Source of the DNA: Thermoplasmatales archaeon
GTDB lineage: Archaea; Thermoplasmatota; Thermoplasmata; Thermoplasmatales; GCA-001856825
DNA length: 64,000 nucleotides
Direction: 5' to 3'
Assembly (NCBI GenBank): GCA_038734825.1
Contig: JAVYOD010000001.1
Location: 1,382-65,381, forward strand
The translations under genes and the position numbers were made by a program. The first letter of the stretch is position 1. The number at the start of each line of letters is the position of its first letter. This document shows positions 1 to 8,767 of this stretch, one piece after another. Below the pieces are notes generated by a model. That model was not told the origin of the DNA. It searched no databases and saw nothing but the letters and a program-made list of their open reading frames with translations.

Positions 1-94
1 CAATGAGAGGCATTAACTCCTCCTTTGTTGAAGCCTTTGTCTCGAAACCGCAATTCATTCCTATATCTGCGCATTTGAATGAATATTTTGCCAT
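1..94 (-). CDS. DUF1059-like small protein, 5' part only (gene continues past the left window edge)
   Basis: Absent from the ORF track because no stop lies in the window. Reverse-strand ATG at 94-92 reads MAKYSFKCADIGMNCGFETKASTKEELMPLI. This matches my memory of the DUF1059 N-terminal pattern (KC.D.G.dC.F...teeEL). Confidence 0.55.
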   Translation of the reverse strand, partial: MAKYSFKCADIGMNCGFETKASTKEELMPLI

Positions 95-164
95 GTGTAC
101 TAATACCGTTTTCGAGATTTAACCTTTTGCATCTGAAAAAATTTTTCTAGACCTCTTACATTAA

Positions 165-680
165 TTGAGAATGGAAAGGCCATCTTGGGACGAATATTTC
201 ATGAGGATCGCTTTCCTTGCTGCTACTAGGTCCAACTGTGTCAGAAGGAAGGTTGGGGCGGTGATAGTAAAAGAAAAGAGGATCATAGCTACAGGATACA
301 ATGGGCCACCTAGGGGTTCAATTCACTGTGATGAAATGGGATGCCTGAGAGAGCAGCTAAAGGTCCCCTCCGGGGAAAGGAGAGAACTGTGTAGAGGTCT
401 TCACGCAGAACAGAATGCGATAATACAGGCAGCTTACAATGGCACTGCTATCAACGGCAGCATCATATACGTTACAACTCATCCTTGCTCAGACTGCTCA
501 AAAATGATAATAAATTCTGGCATTAAGGAAATCATATATTCGGAGGGTTACCCTGATGAACTGTCAGAGCTAATGCTGATAGAGAGTAACATAACTACAC
601 GCCAGTACGATGTTTCTCCAGAATTCAAGAAATTGTTATTTGGAGAAAAAATAGAATTGATAACTAAAGAGGAAGATTAG
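165..680 (+). CDS. dCMP (deoxycytidylate) deaminase
   Basis: Cytidine/deoxycytidylate deaminase zinc motifs HAEQNAI and [10 protein letters not shown]-terminus [18 protein letters not shown] is typical of ComEB-type dCMP deaminases. Confidence 0.85.
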   Translation: MRMERPSWDEYFMRIAFLAATRSNCVRRKVGAVIVKEKRIIATGYNGPPRGSIHCDEMGCLREQLKVPSGERRELCRGLHAEQNAIIQAAYNGTAINGSIIYVTTHPCSDCSKMIINSGIKEIIYSEGYPDELSELMLIESNITTRQYDVSPEFKKLLFGEKIELITKEED

Positions 681-686
681 CCCTGA

Positions 687-1619
687 TCAGAATAGATCTA
701 TCTTATCCTTTATTTCCTGGTATTTCTCCTCAATTCTTCTGTTCTGTTCCGAATTCAGCCTCCATCCGCTCGATTGGAGGTTTATTGTCGCTTGATCCCT
801 ATTCTTTGCTCCTGGAATAGGAACCACATTTCCCTTCGATATGAGCCAGTTAAGTGCTATCTGTACGACAGAATGCCCCGTCTCCATGGATATTTCCCTC
901 AGTACTGAGAGAAATGATGAGATTACTTTTATATTACTCTCGGAAAAGAGCTTGTTGTTTCGCCTAACGTCTGTCGGTTCGAAAGATGGATGGTCATACT
1001 TAAACGTAAGGAGACCCTGCGCAAGCGGCGAATATGCTATGACGCTGATTTTTTCTTTGTTAAGATAAGGGAGCATTTCATCCTCGATCTCCCTCTGAAT
1101 AATGTTATACCTGACTTGATTTGAAACCACATCCATAGTTGAAAGGTATGATCTGGCTTCTTCTATCTGGCATACACTGAAATTTGAAAGACCTATGTAT
1201 CTAATCTTTCCGTTAGCAGCTAACTTTTCAAGAGTCTTCATGGTATCTCTTAAAGACGTATAAATATCTGGCCAGTGAATTTGGTATAAATCAACGTAGT
1301 TCGTATTCAGTCTCTTCAAGCTTCCATCAAGTGCCCTTTCTATGTAGTCCGGCTTTAAATGGTTTCCCGAAACCTTGGTAGCTATGACTATCTCATCTCT
1401 GAAGTCCTTTATAACCTGTCCTATGACTTCTTCTGAGTGCCCGTCTCCATAAACCTCCGCAGTATCTATGAAATTTAGGCCCAATTCCACAGAAGTCATG
1501 ATAGCATCCTTGACGTCAGAATCTACTATCTTTCCCCAGCCTTTTGCACCTGCCTGCCACGCTCCTAGGCCAATAACTGAAACCTTTAGATCGGACTTTC
1601 CTAACGTTATAAATTCCAT
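687..1619 (-). CDS. aldo/keto reductase family oxidoreductase
   Basis: 310 aa. LGAW...FIDTAEVYG...SE, GLSNF and the overall AKR layout. Confidence 0.8.
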   Translation of the reverse strand: MEFITLGKSDLKVSVIGLGAWQAGAKGWGKIVDSDVKDAIMTSVELGLNFIDTAEVYGDGHSEEVIGQVIKDFRDEIVIATKVSGNHLKPDYIERALDGSLKRLNTNYVDLYQIHWPDIYTSLRDTMKTLEKLAANGKIRYIGLSNFSVCQIEEARSYLSTMDVVSNQVRYNIIQREIEDEMLPYLNKEKISVIAYSPLAQGLLTFKYDHPSFEPTDVRRNNKLFSESNIKVISSFLSVLREISMETGHSVVQIALNWLISKGNVVPIPGAKNRDQATINLQSSGWRLNSEQNRRIEEKYQEIKDKIDLF

Positions 1620-1657
1620 AACCCTTCATAAGAGGCTTTATAATTATTTTTTGTTTA

Positions 1658-2731
1658 ATGTGTGGAATGAAGGTAATCTTAAATCAATCCGTCTTCTCGC
1701 AGGATTACATACCGTCACGGTTTCTGGGAAGAGAGCAGTATGTTTCTAAAATCGTAGACATGATCCGCGTAGGGAATTCATCTTCTACGTTCGTCGTTAG
1801 GGGAAACCCGGGTGTCGGGAAAACTCTTCTAGCAAAATACTTGCTGAAAGAGCTGCCAGAGCTTAATGGAATTTATATAAACTGTTACCTAAATTCCACG
1901 GATAGGTCCATAGTTACATATATTTTAAACACAATAACCGGTAGGTCGTATGATAGCCAGAATATTTCAACAGATCTTCTTTTCAAAGTTCTGTTGAAGG
2001 AATTACCTAATAGGTCTTTGATAATACTGGATGAGGCACACTCTCTTAAAAGGGCGCATACTGAAGCTGTCTACCTCCTATCACGCAGTAAAGAACTTGG
2101 AGGCCCAGATCTAAACCTGGTGCTCCTTACAATAGAGGAGCCTGAGATGTTTCTCGACAACAGTACACTTTCTGGTATAGGAAAATACAACAGGATTATC
2201 CTCAAAGAGTACTCCAGGGAGGAACTCCTTCAAATAATTACAGATAGAGCAAATTCAGGACTCTATGCAGGTTCTTACACACCCGAGGCGTTGGAAAGGA
2301 TCTCCTATCTGGTCGAAGATAGCGGGAGTGCGAGAACAGCAATAGAATTATTAAAGAACTCATCTTTCCTAGCCGAGGCCCAAAACTCCTATCTTAATGA
2401 AGAGATTGTTCTCCAGGCCTACAGGGATTTCTCGCCTCCTCTTGAAGATAGTTCGCTTGCAAATCTTGAGCAGGAGGATATGCATATTCTCTTGGACATA
2501 TTGAACGAGATTGGAGATAGAGTAACATTCAAGAGTACTGAAATTAGGAAGATTCTGCCTAATATCTCTGATTCAAAGTTATACAGGCTCATTAACTCAT
2601 TGGAGCTCTCAGGTTTCATAGGAAAGAAGAAGATGAGCAAAGGATATAAGGGCGGGGTAGAGAACGAGTATTTTTTTAGAGTTCCTCCAAAGGTTCTTCT
2701 AACGAAGCTTGAAGCTTTACTTAAGGAATGA
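1658..2731 (+). CDS. cdc6: Orc1/Cdc6-type AAA+ replication initiator paralog (short form)
   Basis: Walker A GNPGVGKT, Walker B LIILDEAH, sensor-2-like SGSARTAIELL, and a C-terminal winged-helix-like region (LYRLINSLELSGFI). The start could instead be the second ATG at 1667. Confidence 0.75.
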   Translation: MCGMKVILNQSVFSQDYIPSRFLGREQYVSKIVDMIRVGNSSSTFVVRGNPGVGKTLLAKYLLKELPELNGIYINCYLNSTDRSIVTYILNTITGRSYDSQNISTDLLFKVLLKELPNRSLIILDEAHSLKRAHTEAVYLLSRSKELGGPDLNLVLLTIEEPEMFLDNSTLSGIGKYNRIILKEYSREELLQIITDRANSGLYAGSYTPEALERISYLVEDSGSARTAIELLKNSSFLAEAQNSYLNEEIVLQAYRDFSPPLEDSSLANLEQEDMHILLDILNEIGDRVTFKSTEIRKILPNISDSKLYRLINSLELSGFIGKKKMSKGYKGGVENEYFFRVPPKVLLTKLEALLKE

Positions 2732-2790
2732 TTCAGGTTATACGTTCGGGTACCAAAAGGTATAAGTAGTGTCATATTAATGTCATTAAT

Positions 2791-3321
2791 ATGTCAGACA
2801 AAGTCCTCATAATAGGAATAGGAGGCGCCGGGGTAAATATAGCAAAATCAATAAATTATCCCAAATGCATACTCCTCGATTCGTCTACAGTTCCCTCACC
2901 CGATAAGGCCCTTGAAAAAATAGATTGCAGGAACCAAGAAGATGTGATAATTATCTCATCGCCTGCGGGTAATTTTTCATCGTCAGTTCTTCCCTCTGTA
3001 TGTAACGAGCTCAACGAAAACGGAAGAAAGGTTTCTCTTATTGCAATAATGCCGTTTAATGCAGAGTCTGAAGAGAGGAAAATCAGAGCTGAAAATACAC
3101 TGAGAAGCCTGAGGAAAATGGTGACATCCTGTGAAATAGTTGAAAACGAAAATTTTGCTTCAGCGATGCTCGAGAAGCCCTGGAGTGAAGCAATGGATAA
3201 AATAAATTCATATGTCCAAACGCTGATATTTAAGCTGAATCCAGCCGCTTCTCAGGGTGCAGCAGACTATCGAGATGACCATCATCCAATAGTGAGTTTT
3301 CAATCCCCATTGTCAACCTGA
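2791..3321 (+). CDS. truncated, degenerate FtsZ/tubulin-like GTPase-domain protein
   Basis: N-terminal VLIIGIGGAGVNIA parallels the FtsZ G-box IKIVGCGGAGSNTI. IAIMPFNAESEERKIRAENTLRSLRK parallels FtsZ IVTLPFSAEGRVRMDNALYGIEKLRK from the ftsZ in this window. The T4 signature GGGTGTG is replaced by SPAGNFSSS, and there is no C-terminal domain. Confidence 0.5.
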   Translation: MSDKVLIIGIGGAGVNIAKSINYPKCILLDSSTVPSPDKALEKIDCRNQEDVIIISSPAGNFSSSVLPSVCNELNENGRKVSLIAIMPFNAESEERKIRAENTLRSLRKMVTSCEIVENENFASAMLEKPWSEAMDKINSYVQTLIFKLNPAASQGAADYRDDHHPIVSFQSPLST

Positions 3322-3463
3322 AAGTTGCGTTATGCAACTCCTCACCTATTACCGCTATTAGAATCACAATAAAACAGCTCTTATACTATCATTTTCAAAC
3401 TAAGATTCCGAAAATTTGCTTTTTAACAATTCACAAAGTGAAATCCTGAGAAATTAAATGTGA

Positions 3464-4165
3464 TTAACACTTGCAGCTAATTGCACCCATTAGAACCCTG
3501 TGCTCGTATTCTGAAAGCATGGATCTTGTTAAAATTCTCTTGAATATAAGACTTGTTTTTTCTATCCTGTGTTTGGGATATCCATTTGCCTCAAGGTTTT
3601 CTCTGAATTTTGCAACTAGAGCATCAATTTTATTTCTCGAAGCGGGCTTATCTAGTGCTTTGCCTTTTTGACCAGATAATTCATAAAGTATTATTGCAGC
3701 AGCAGATGAAACATTTAGGGTAGGATAGCTAGGCGATGCCGGGATATGAACGAAAAAATCGCACTTCGAAAGTTCTTCATTTGTAAGCCCCCTATCTTCC
3801 CGTCCAAATACTATACCAATTTTTCCTTTTATTTTTCTGGAAAATGCCTTAAATTGTTTTGGTGTCATGTATTTTCTCACCACGCTTTTAGGGGAGGCCC
3901 CTCCAACATCAGATGTTCCGACCAGGTACGTTAGACCTGCGGATGCTTCTTCGAGAGTATTAACCATCTTCGCATTCTTTAGGATTTCATAACCTTTCAT
4001 CGATCTAAATATATCCTCGCTGGGTATCCTGTGAGCGTTTACTATGACTAGGTCTTCAACGTCAAAATTTTTCATTATCCTGGCGATAGCACCTAGGTTG
4101 CCTGGATTCTTAGGTTCGACGAAAATTACCCTGATCTGACTCATAGCCTCATATCTTTTTGTCAA
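3464..4165 (-). CDS. SpoU/TrmH-family RNA 2'-O-methyltransferase (TrmJ-like)
   Basis: IFVEPKNPGNLGAIARIMKNF, FGREDRGLTNEEL and IPASPSYPTLNVSSAAAIILYE are SpoU-MTase motifs. Confidence 0.75.
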   Translation of the reverse strand: MTKRYEAMSQIRVIFVEPKNPGNLGAIARIMKNFDVEDLVIVNAHRIPSEDIFRSMKGYEILKNAKMVNTLEEASAGLTYLVGTSDVGGASPKSVVRKYMTPKQFKAFSRKIKGKIGIVFGREDRGLTNEELSKCDFFVHIPASPSYPTLNVSSAAAIILYELSGQKGKALDKPASRNKIDALVAKFRENLEANGYPKHRIEKTSLIFKRILTRSMLSEYEHRVLMGAISCKC

Positions 4166-4198
4166 TAAATTTTTTATTCAGTAATACCTAACTACCCA

Positions 4199-5512
4199 AT
4201 GGATTGGGAAAAATACCTTTTCTCTCTTTCAAGATTCGGAGTGAAGCTTGGTCTCGGACCGACAGCTGCCTTTTCCAGCATGCTTGGAGACCCTCACAAA
4301 TCGTTCAAAAGTGCCCACATTACTGGTTCCAACGGAAAGGGATCAACTACTTCTTTCATCTACAACATCTTCAGAACAAAATTCAGATCAGGCATTTACA
4401 CTTCTCCACACCTCAGAAGGTTTAACGAAAGGATTATTGTGGATGGTGAACAGATACCATCATCATACATTAAAGAATTTGTTGAGAAAAATCCATCAAG
4501 GATCAATTTCCACAATGAGGTAATTCAACTAACTTTCTTCGAATACACAACTGTCATGGCATTTGAATATTTCAAAAAAATGGGGGTACAATTTGCATCC
4601 ATTGAAGTAGGGCTAGGGGGAAGATTGGATTCTACGAATATAATTTTGCCAGAAGTATCCGTTATAACAAGTATATCCCTTGAGCATGCGGATAGGTTGG
4701 GTGGAGAAATTGAAGATATCGCAAGGGAGAAGGGCGGGATAATAAAAAAGAACAGGCCTGTTGTTATAGGAAGGGTTCCTGATAAGGCAAGGGAGGTTCT
4801 CCTTCATATTGCAAAGGAAAACGGATCTGAGGTGAGAGAGATCGAAGACTGCACTATTAAAAATCTCTCATTTTCACTAAATGGTACAAGATTTAGCCTT
4901 GATACTGGAAGGGAAAGCTATGATGTATTCCTCAAAGCTCTAGGAGCTCATCAGGTTAATAATTCTGTTGCAGCAATACTAGCAGCGGAGTCCACAGGGA
5001 TTTCCCCCCCTAAGGAAGATATTCTCAGGGGTATCTCTGAAACTAGGATACCGGGAAGATTTGAGATCAGGAGGAAAAAGCCTCTTTTCATCCTTGATGG
5101 TGCCCATAACTCTGAGGCAATGAGAGTCCTTTCAGATAATATAAAGCTGTATAGCATAAAGGACCCGCTTGTAGTTCTAGGCGTATTAAAGGACAAAAAC
5201 AGCTACAATATACTTCAAAATCTATCTGAAGTTTCATCAAAAATCCTCATAACTGAACCAGACGAACCTGAGAGGAAAAAGGATGCGTCCTTGTTAAAGA
5301 AGGAGGCTTCGCTATTCTTCAAGGACATTGAGATTAAGAAGAAGCCAGTTGATGCAATTTCTCAGGCGTACAACAGCGGAGAAGACGTTGTTGTTACAGG
5401 GTCCCTATACCTAGTTGGCGAGGCTGAAAAGATCCTGGATTCCTTCGAAGGAAAGGGTGAAATAACAAGCGACATTTATAGTTCTAATGGAAAGGAACTT
5501 CCAGTTGAATGA
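4199..5512 (+). CDS. folC: folylpolyglutamate synthase / dihydrofolate synthase
   Basis: Mur-ligase-type P-loop HITGSNGKGST, EVGLGGRLDSTN and DGAHN motifs. 437 aa. Confidence 0.8.
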   Translation: MDWEKYLFSLSRFGVKLGLGPTAAFSSMLGDPHKSFKSAHITGSNGKGSTTSFIYNIFRTKFRSGIYTSPHLRRFNERIIVDGEQIPSSYIKEFVEKNPSRINFHNEVIQLTFFEYTTVMAFEYFKKMGVQFASIEVGLGGRLDSTNIILPEVSVITSISLEHADRLGGEIEDIAREKGGIIKKNRPVVIGRVPDKAREVLLHIAKENGSEVREIEDCTIKNLSFSLNGTRFSLDTGRESYDVFLKALGAHQVNNSVAAILAAESTGISPPKEDILRGISETRIPGRFEIRRKKPLFILDGAHNSEAMRVLSDNIKLYSIKDPLVVLGVLKDKNSYNILQNLSEVSSKILITEPDEPERKKDASLLKKEASLFFKDIEIKKKPVDAISQAYNSGEDVVVTGSLYLVGEAEKILDSFEGKGEITSDIYSSNGKELPVE

Positions 5513-5527
5513 AACCCTAATATGAGA

Positions 5528-5550
5528 TTTCCACTCGAAACTGTGGGGGG
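5528..5550 (+). promoter_or_regulatory. origin recognition box (ORB)-like element upstream of orc1/cdc6
   Basis: TTTCCACTCGAAACTGTGGGGGG fits the archaeal ORB pattern TTCCA-N3-GAAAC-N4-G-string. It lies about 90 nt upstream of the orc1/cdc6 start at 5639. Confidence 0.5.
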
Positions 5551-5638
5551 TAAATGCCCCCGCGAAATATATTACCCTTTTGGTAAAATAACTGATAAGA
5601 AACCGTTTTAATAAAGAACTATCTAGACGCTAGTAGGT

Positions 5639-6895
5639 ATGGATAAAACATCGAGCAACATATTTGATAAATTCCTAAGCTCAAGCTCAATAATAACCGG
5701 GGAAAGAAAAGCACTTGAACCTGGATTTCTTCCAGACAGGCTGCCGCATAGAGAACAGGAAACGGAGCAGCTTGCGAGAATTCTTTCTCCATCCCTTAAG
5801 AATAATAGACCATCCAATGTGATAATCTTCGGGAAGCCCGGCGTTGGTAAAACAAGCGTCGTAAGGTTTGTTGAAAAAGAGATGATAAAGGCAACTGAAT
5901 CTTCAATAAAAACGAATGTTAAAATAGTGGATATAAACTGTGGAATAGTAGATAATTCTTACGGAGTACTGCTATCCGTAGGCGAGGGAATCCGGGATGA
6001 ATGGGAGGAAAAGCTGCCTTTTACAGGATGGCCACTTGACAGGCTATACAACGCAGTTCTTGAAAAGATCAGGGCACTAAACGGAATAGTCATTATTTCA
6101 CTAGACGAGGTTGACAGGTTGGTCAAGAAGAACGGAGATGCTGTTCTATATCAGCTTCTCAGGCTGAACGAAGAACTTGACAGATCCCGAGTATCGATAA
6201 TAGGGATAAGCAATGATTTAAGGTTTACAGAATATCTTGACCCAAGAGTTAAAAGCCGCCTTGTCGAGGAGACCATTGTTTTCAACCCGTACAACGCATC
6301 CCAGATCTATGATATACTGCAGGATCGAGTTATGTATGCAGGCATATCAAGCTTTGTAGATGACTCAGCCCTCAAGGTATGTGCAGCGATCGCAGCTCAG
6401 GAACATGGAGATGCAAGGAGGGCCATAGATCTTCTGAAGGTGGCCGTTGAGCTCGTCGAGATGAGCGACGAAAAGAGAATCACTGAAGATATAATATATA
6501 AAGCGAAGAGTAAGCTGGAAAGAGATGTTGTGGCAGATACCATTGTGTCCCTTCCTCTCCATAGTAAGCTGGTCCTATTCTCCGCCACTTTGATAAGCGA
6601 GATTAGGAATGGAGGAAAATCTACAATGGGTGAACTATACGATCTCTATGTTAAGGTATCTGAAAGACTTGGTATAGTAAATCTAACTCAGAGAAGAGTA
6701 GCAGACATCGTAAACGAGCTAAACAGCCTCGGTTTTCTCAATTCAGAGGTTATGAGTTTCGGGAGATACGGAAGAACAACTACTATAGCGTTAAATTACG
6801 ATACAACGCAGCTCAAGGATCTCTTGATAAGAGATGAGCTTATTTCCCAGCTCAAGGATGTTAAACCGCTCCAAAAGTCCCTTCCCATCTCCTAA
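5639..6895 (+). CDS. cdc6: Orc1/Cdc6 replication initiator
   Basis: LPHREQE..L, Walker A GKPGVGKT, Walker B ISLDEVD, sensor-2 HGDARRAIDLL, and a C-terminal winged helix. 418 aa. Confidence 0.9.
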   Translation: MDKTSSNIFDKFLSSSSIITGERKALEPGFLPDRLPHREQETEQLARILSPSLKNNRPSNVIIFGKPGVGKTSVVRFVEKEMIKATESSIKTNVKIVDINCGIVDNSYGVLLSVGEGIRDEWEEKLPFTGWPLDRLYNAVLEKIRALNGIVIISLDEVDRLVKKNGDAVLYQLLRLNEELDRSRVSIIGISNDLRFTEYLDPRVKSRLVEETIVFNPYNASQIYDILQDRVMYAGISSFVDDSALKVCAAIAAQEHGDARRAIDLLKVAVELVEMSDEKRITEDIIYKAKSKLERDVVADTIVSLPLHSKLVLFSATLISEIRNGGKSTMGELYDLYVKVSERLGIVNLTQRRVADIVNELNSLGFLNSEVMSFGRYGRTTTIALNYDTTQLKDLLIRDELISQLKDVKPLQKSLPIS

Positions 6896-6925
6896 ATGTA
6901 TAAATTTTCGTGATCATAGGGGATC

Positions 6926-7471
6926 GTGAAAGCAAAGGCTATACTTGTTATCGGAATGCCGGGCTCTGGAAAGGACGAATTCGCCAACGTGGCAAAGGAG
7001 ATCGGCGTCGAGGTCATCAACATGGGTGATATTGTAAGGGAGTATACGATAAATAGTGGCCTTGATATCTCAAAGAGTGGTGACGTTGCCTCGATGGAAA
7101 GAAAACTCAACGGCATGGATATTTGGGCAAAGAGGACAATAAAGAGAATCAAGAGCAATTTTGTCGTGATAGAAGGAATAAGAAATGTAGAGGAGATTGA
7201 GAGATTCAGGAAGGATATTGAAATTGGACTTGTGGTTGGGATAGCCTCGGGAAGGGGGAACAGGTATGACAGATTGATTCTCAGGGGAAGGGGAGATGAC
7301 CCTCACAACATAGAGGAATTTAATGCCAGAGAGCAGAGGGAGCTCAGCTGGGGAATTGGTAATGTCCTAGCTACGGCAGACTTTTACATTTGCAACGACT
7401 CAACTCTTGAGAACTTCAGGGAAAAGGTTAGAATGTTTATCTCTGAGCACATACCTCGAGAAAATTCCTGA
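6926..7471 (+). CDS. P-loop nucleotide kinase-like protein (archaeal UPF0200 / adenylate-kinase-related)
   Basis: GTG start. P-loop GMPGSGKDEF. Size (181 aa) and layout resemble archaeal UPF0200 proteins. Confidence 0.55.
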   Translation: MKAKAILVIGMPGSGKDEFANVAKEIGVEVINMGDIVREYTINSGLDISKSGDVASMERKLNGMDIWAKRTIKRIKSNFVVIEGIRNVEEIERFRKDIEIGLVVGIASGRGNRYDRLILRGRGDDPHNIEEFNAREQRELSWGIGNVLATADFYICNDSTLENFREKVRMFISEHIPRENS

Positions 7472-7952
7472 ATATAGTTTGACCATGCTGTGTGTGCTCG
7501 ACCTCCGGATGAAATTGCACCCCGTATCTTGCAAGTTCATCGTTGCACATTGCCTGAACGGTGCACGTTTTTGAAGACGCAAGGAGCAAAAATCCCTGAG
7601 GAACATAGCTTATCTCGTCGTTGTGATTTTCCCAGGCAGTGAACGAAGGAGGAACGTTCTTTAAAATTGTATCCGAATCTAGCACATTAATCGTAACAGG
7701 ACCAAATTCGGGGTGTGGCGCAGACTTCACCTCAGCTCCGTAGAATTTTCCCATGAACTGAGCACCTGCGCATATTCCTAAAATTGGAATCTTTAGTTTC
7801 TCCAGATATTCTGCCGTCTTTCCAAGCTTGAATCCTTCTTCAACTATTGAAGGGGATCCACCTGATAGAACAAGACCGTCGGCATCCTCCAACGTTGAAA
7901 TATCTGAGTCATTTCTTTTGATCTGGCAGTCAGTGCCGAGATCCCTGAGCAC
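7437..7952 (-). CDS. guaA: GMP synthase, glutamine amidotransferase subunit A (true start probably upstream, about 8000-8012)
   Basis: Class-I GATase motifs ILGICAGAQ and GVQFHPE. The conserved N-terminal strand IYVIDNGGQWTHREWR is encoded in frame upstream of the GTG at 7952 (see finding). Confidence 0.8.
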   Translation of the reverse strand: MLRDLGTDCQIKRNDSDISTLEDADGLVLSGGSPSIVEEGFKLGKTAEYLEKLKIPILGICAGAQFMGKFYGAEVKSAPHPEFGPVTINVLDSDTILKNVPPSFTAWENHNDEISYVPQGFLLLASSKTCTVQAMCNDELARYGVQFHPEVEHTQHGQTIFRNFLEVCAQR

Positions 7953-8016
7953 CCTCCATTCCCTATGAGTCCACTGTCCGCCGTTATCAATTACGTATAT
8001 TCTAAGCGCCAGATTC

Positions 8017-8721
8017 TCACTTCTTGTTCATAAGCATGTCAATGTAGCTGTTTATGTGATCGGCAAGCAATGGATTATCAGTGTAGCCGCAGGCTGACAA
8101 ATCTGGAGCTGCGATGAGTGCCTTTGTCCCGTCAGCAACCATATCCGTCGCTATAAGGGAATTATTTCTAAATATTCTTGTCCCATGTGGTACCCTCTGG
8201 TTATCCGGTGCAACTATCGAAACAACTACATTCCTGGTTATTGCAGACTCAATTTCTTTTCCTAGCTCCTGCCTCAGCTCCCTAAGCTTTGGTGTCGATA
8301 TTGCGGCGAATTTTTCTGCTGAATTCAAGAGCTCCTTCATTTTCTCCAATACCTTCTCCCTCCCGTAAATGGTGTAAATAAGTTGAGGTAAGCCTCTTTC
8401 TGTCAGCTTTTCACTCAGGTCTGTGAGTTTTTCAAATAGCTCGTCAAGGTTTTTAGAAAATGTTTTCCGTATCTCATAGATATTTTTTGCCTTAAAGACT
8501 TTAGGGCGCCCCTCTAAGGATGTTATGAAGCCCCTTTCTTCGAGTTTTTCAAGTACTTTGTACGTGGACGTTCTGGGAATTTTAGCTGTCATTGCTATCG
8601 TATCAGGGGTGCTAGCACCTAAGAGGACAAGCGCTAGAAACCCCCTGAGCTCGTAGTCTGTCATGGCGAACGCCTCAAAATATTTTGATATATCTTGTAA
8701 TTCTTTGTCAAAATCTTCCAT
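8017..8721 (-). CDS. TrmB-family transcriptional regulator
   Basis: N-terminal winged HTH LTDYELRGFLALVLLGASTPDTIAMTAKIPRTSTYKVLEKLEERGFI is typical of TrmB. Confidence 0.7.
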   Translation of the reverse strand: MEDFDKELQDISKYFEAFAMTDYELRGFLALVLLGASTPDTIAMTAKIPRTSTYKVLEKLEERGFITSLEGRPKVFKAKNIYEIRKTFSKNLDELFEKLTDLSEKLTERGLPQLIYTIYGREKVLEKMKELLNSAEKFAAISTPKLRELRQELGKEIESAITRNVVVSIVAPDNQRVPHGTRIFRNNSLIATDMVADGTKALIAAPDLSACGYTDNPLLADHINSYIDMLMNKK

Positions 8722-8767
8722 AACTAATAATAATAAAGGCTTTTATAATTTTTTTCACTACAACGAT

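Noticed and set aside
5541-5561. G6-TAAATG-C5 inverted repeat read as an intrinsic terminator hairpin for folC.
   Set aside because: No T-tract follows it, and archaeal termination generally relies on oligo-T. The G-string is better explained as part of the ORB-like box. It is kept as an alternative in the ORB finding.
8663-8767. N-terminal extension of the TtuA-like ORF as given in the ORF track.
   Set aside because: The extension overlaps the trmB 5' end on the other strand and is unconserved-looking. The Zn-finger N-terminus typical of the family starts at the ATG at 8768.
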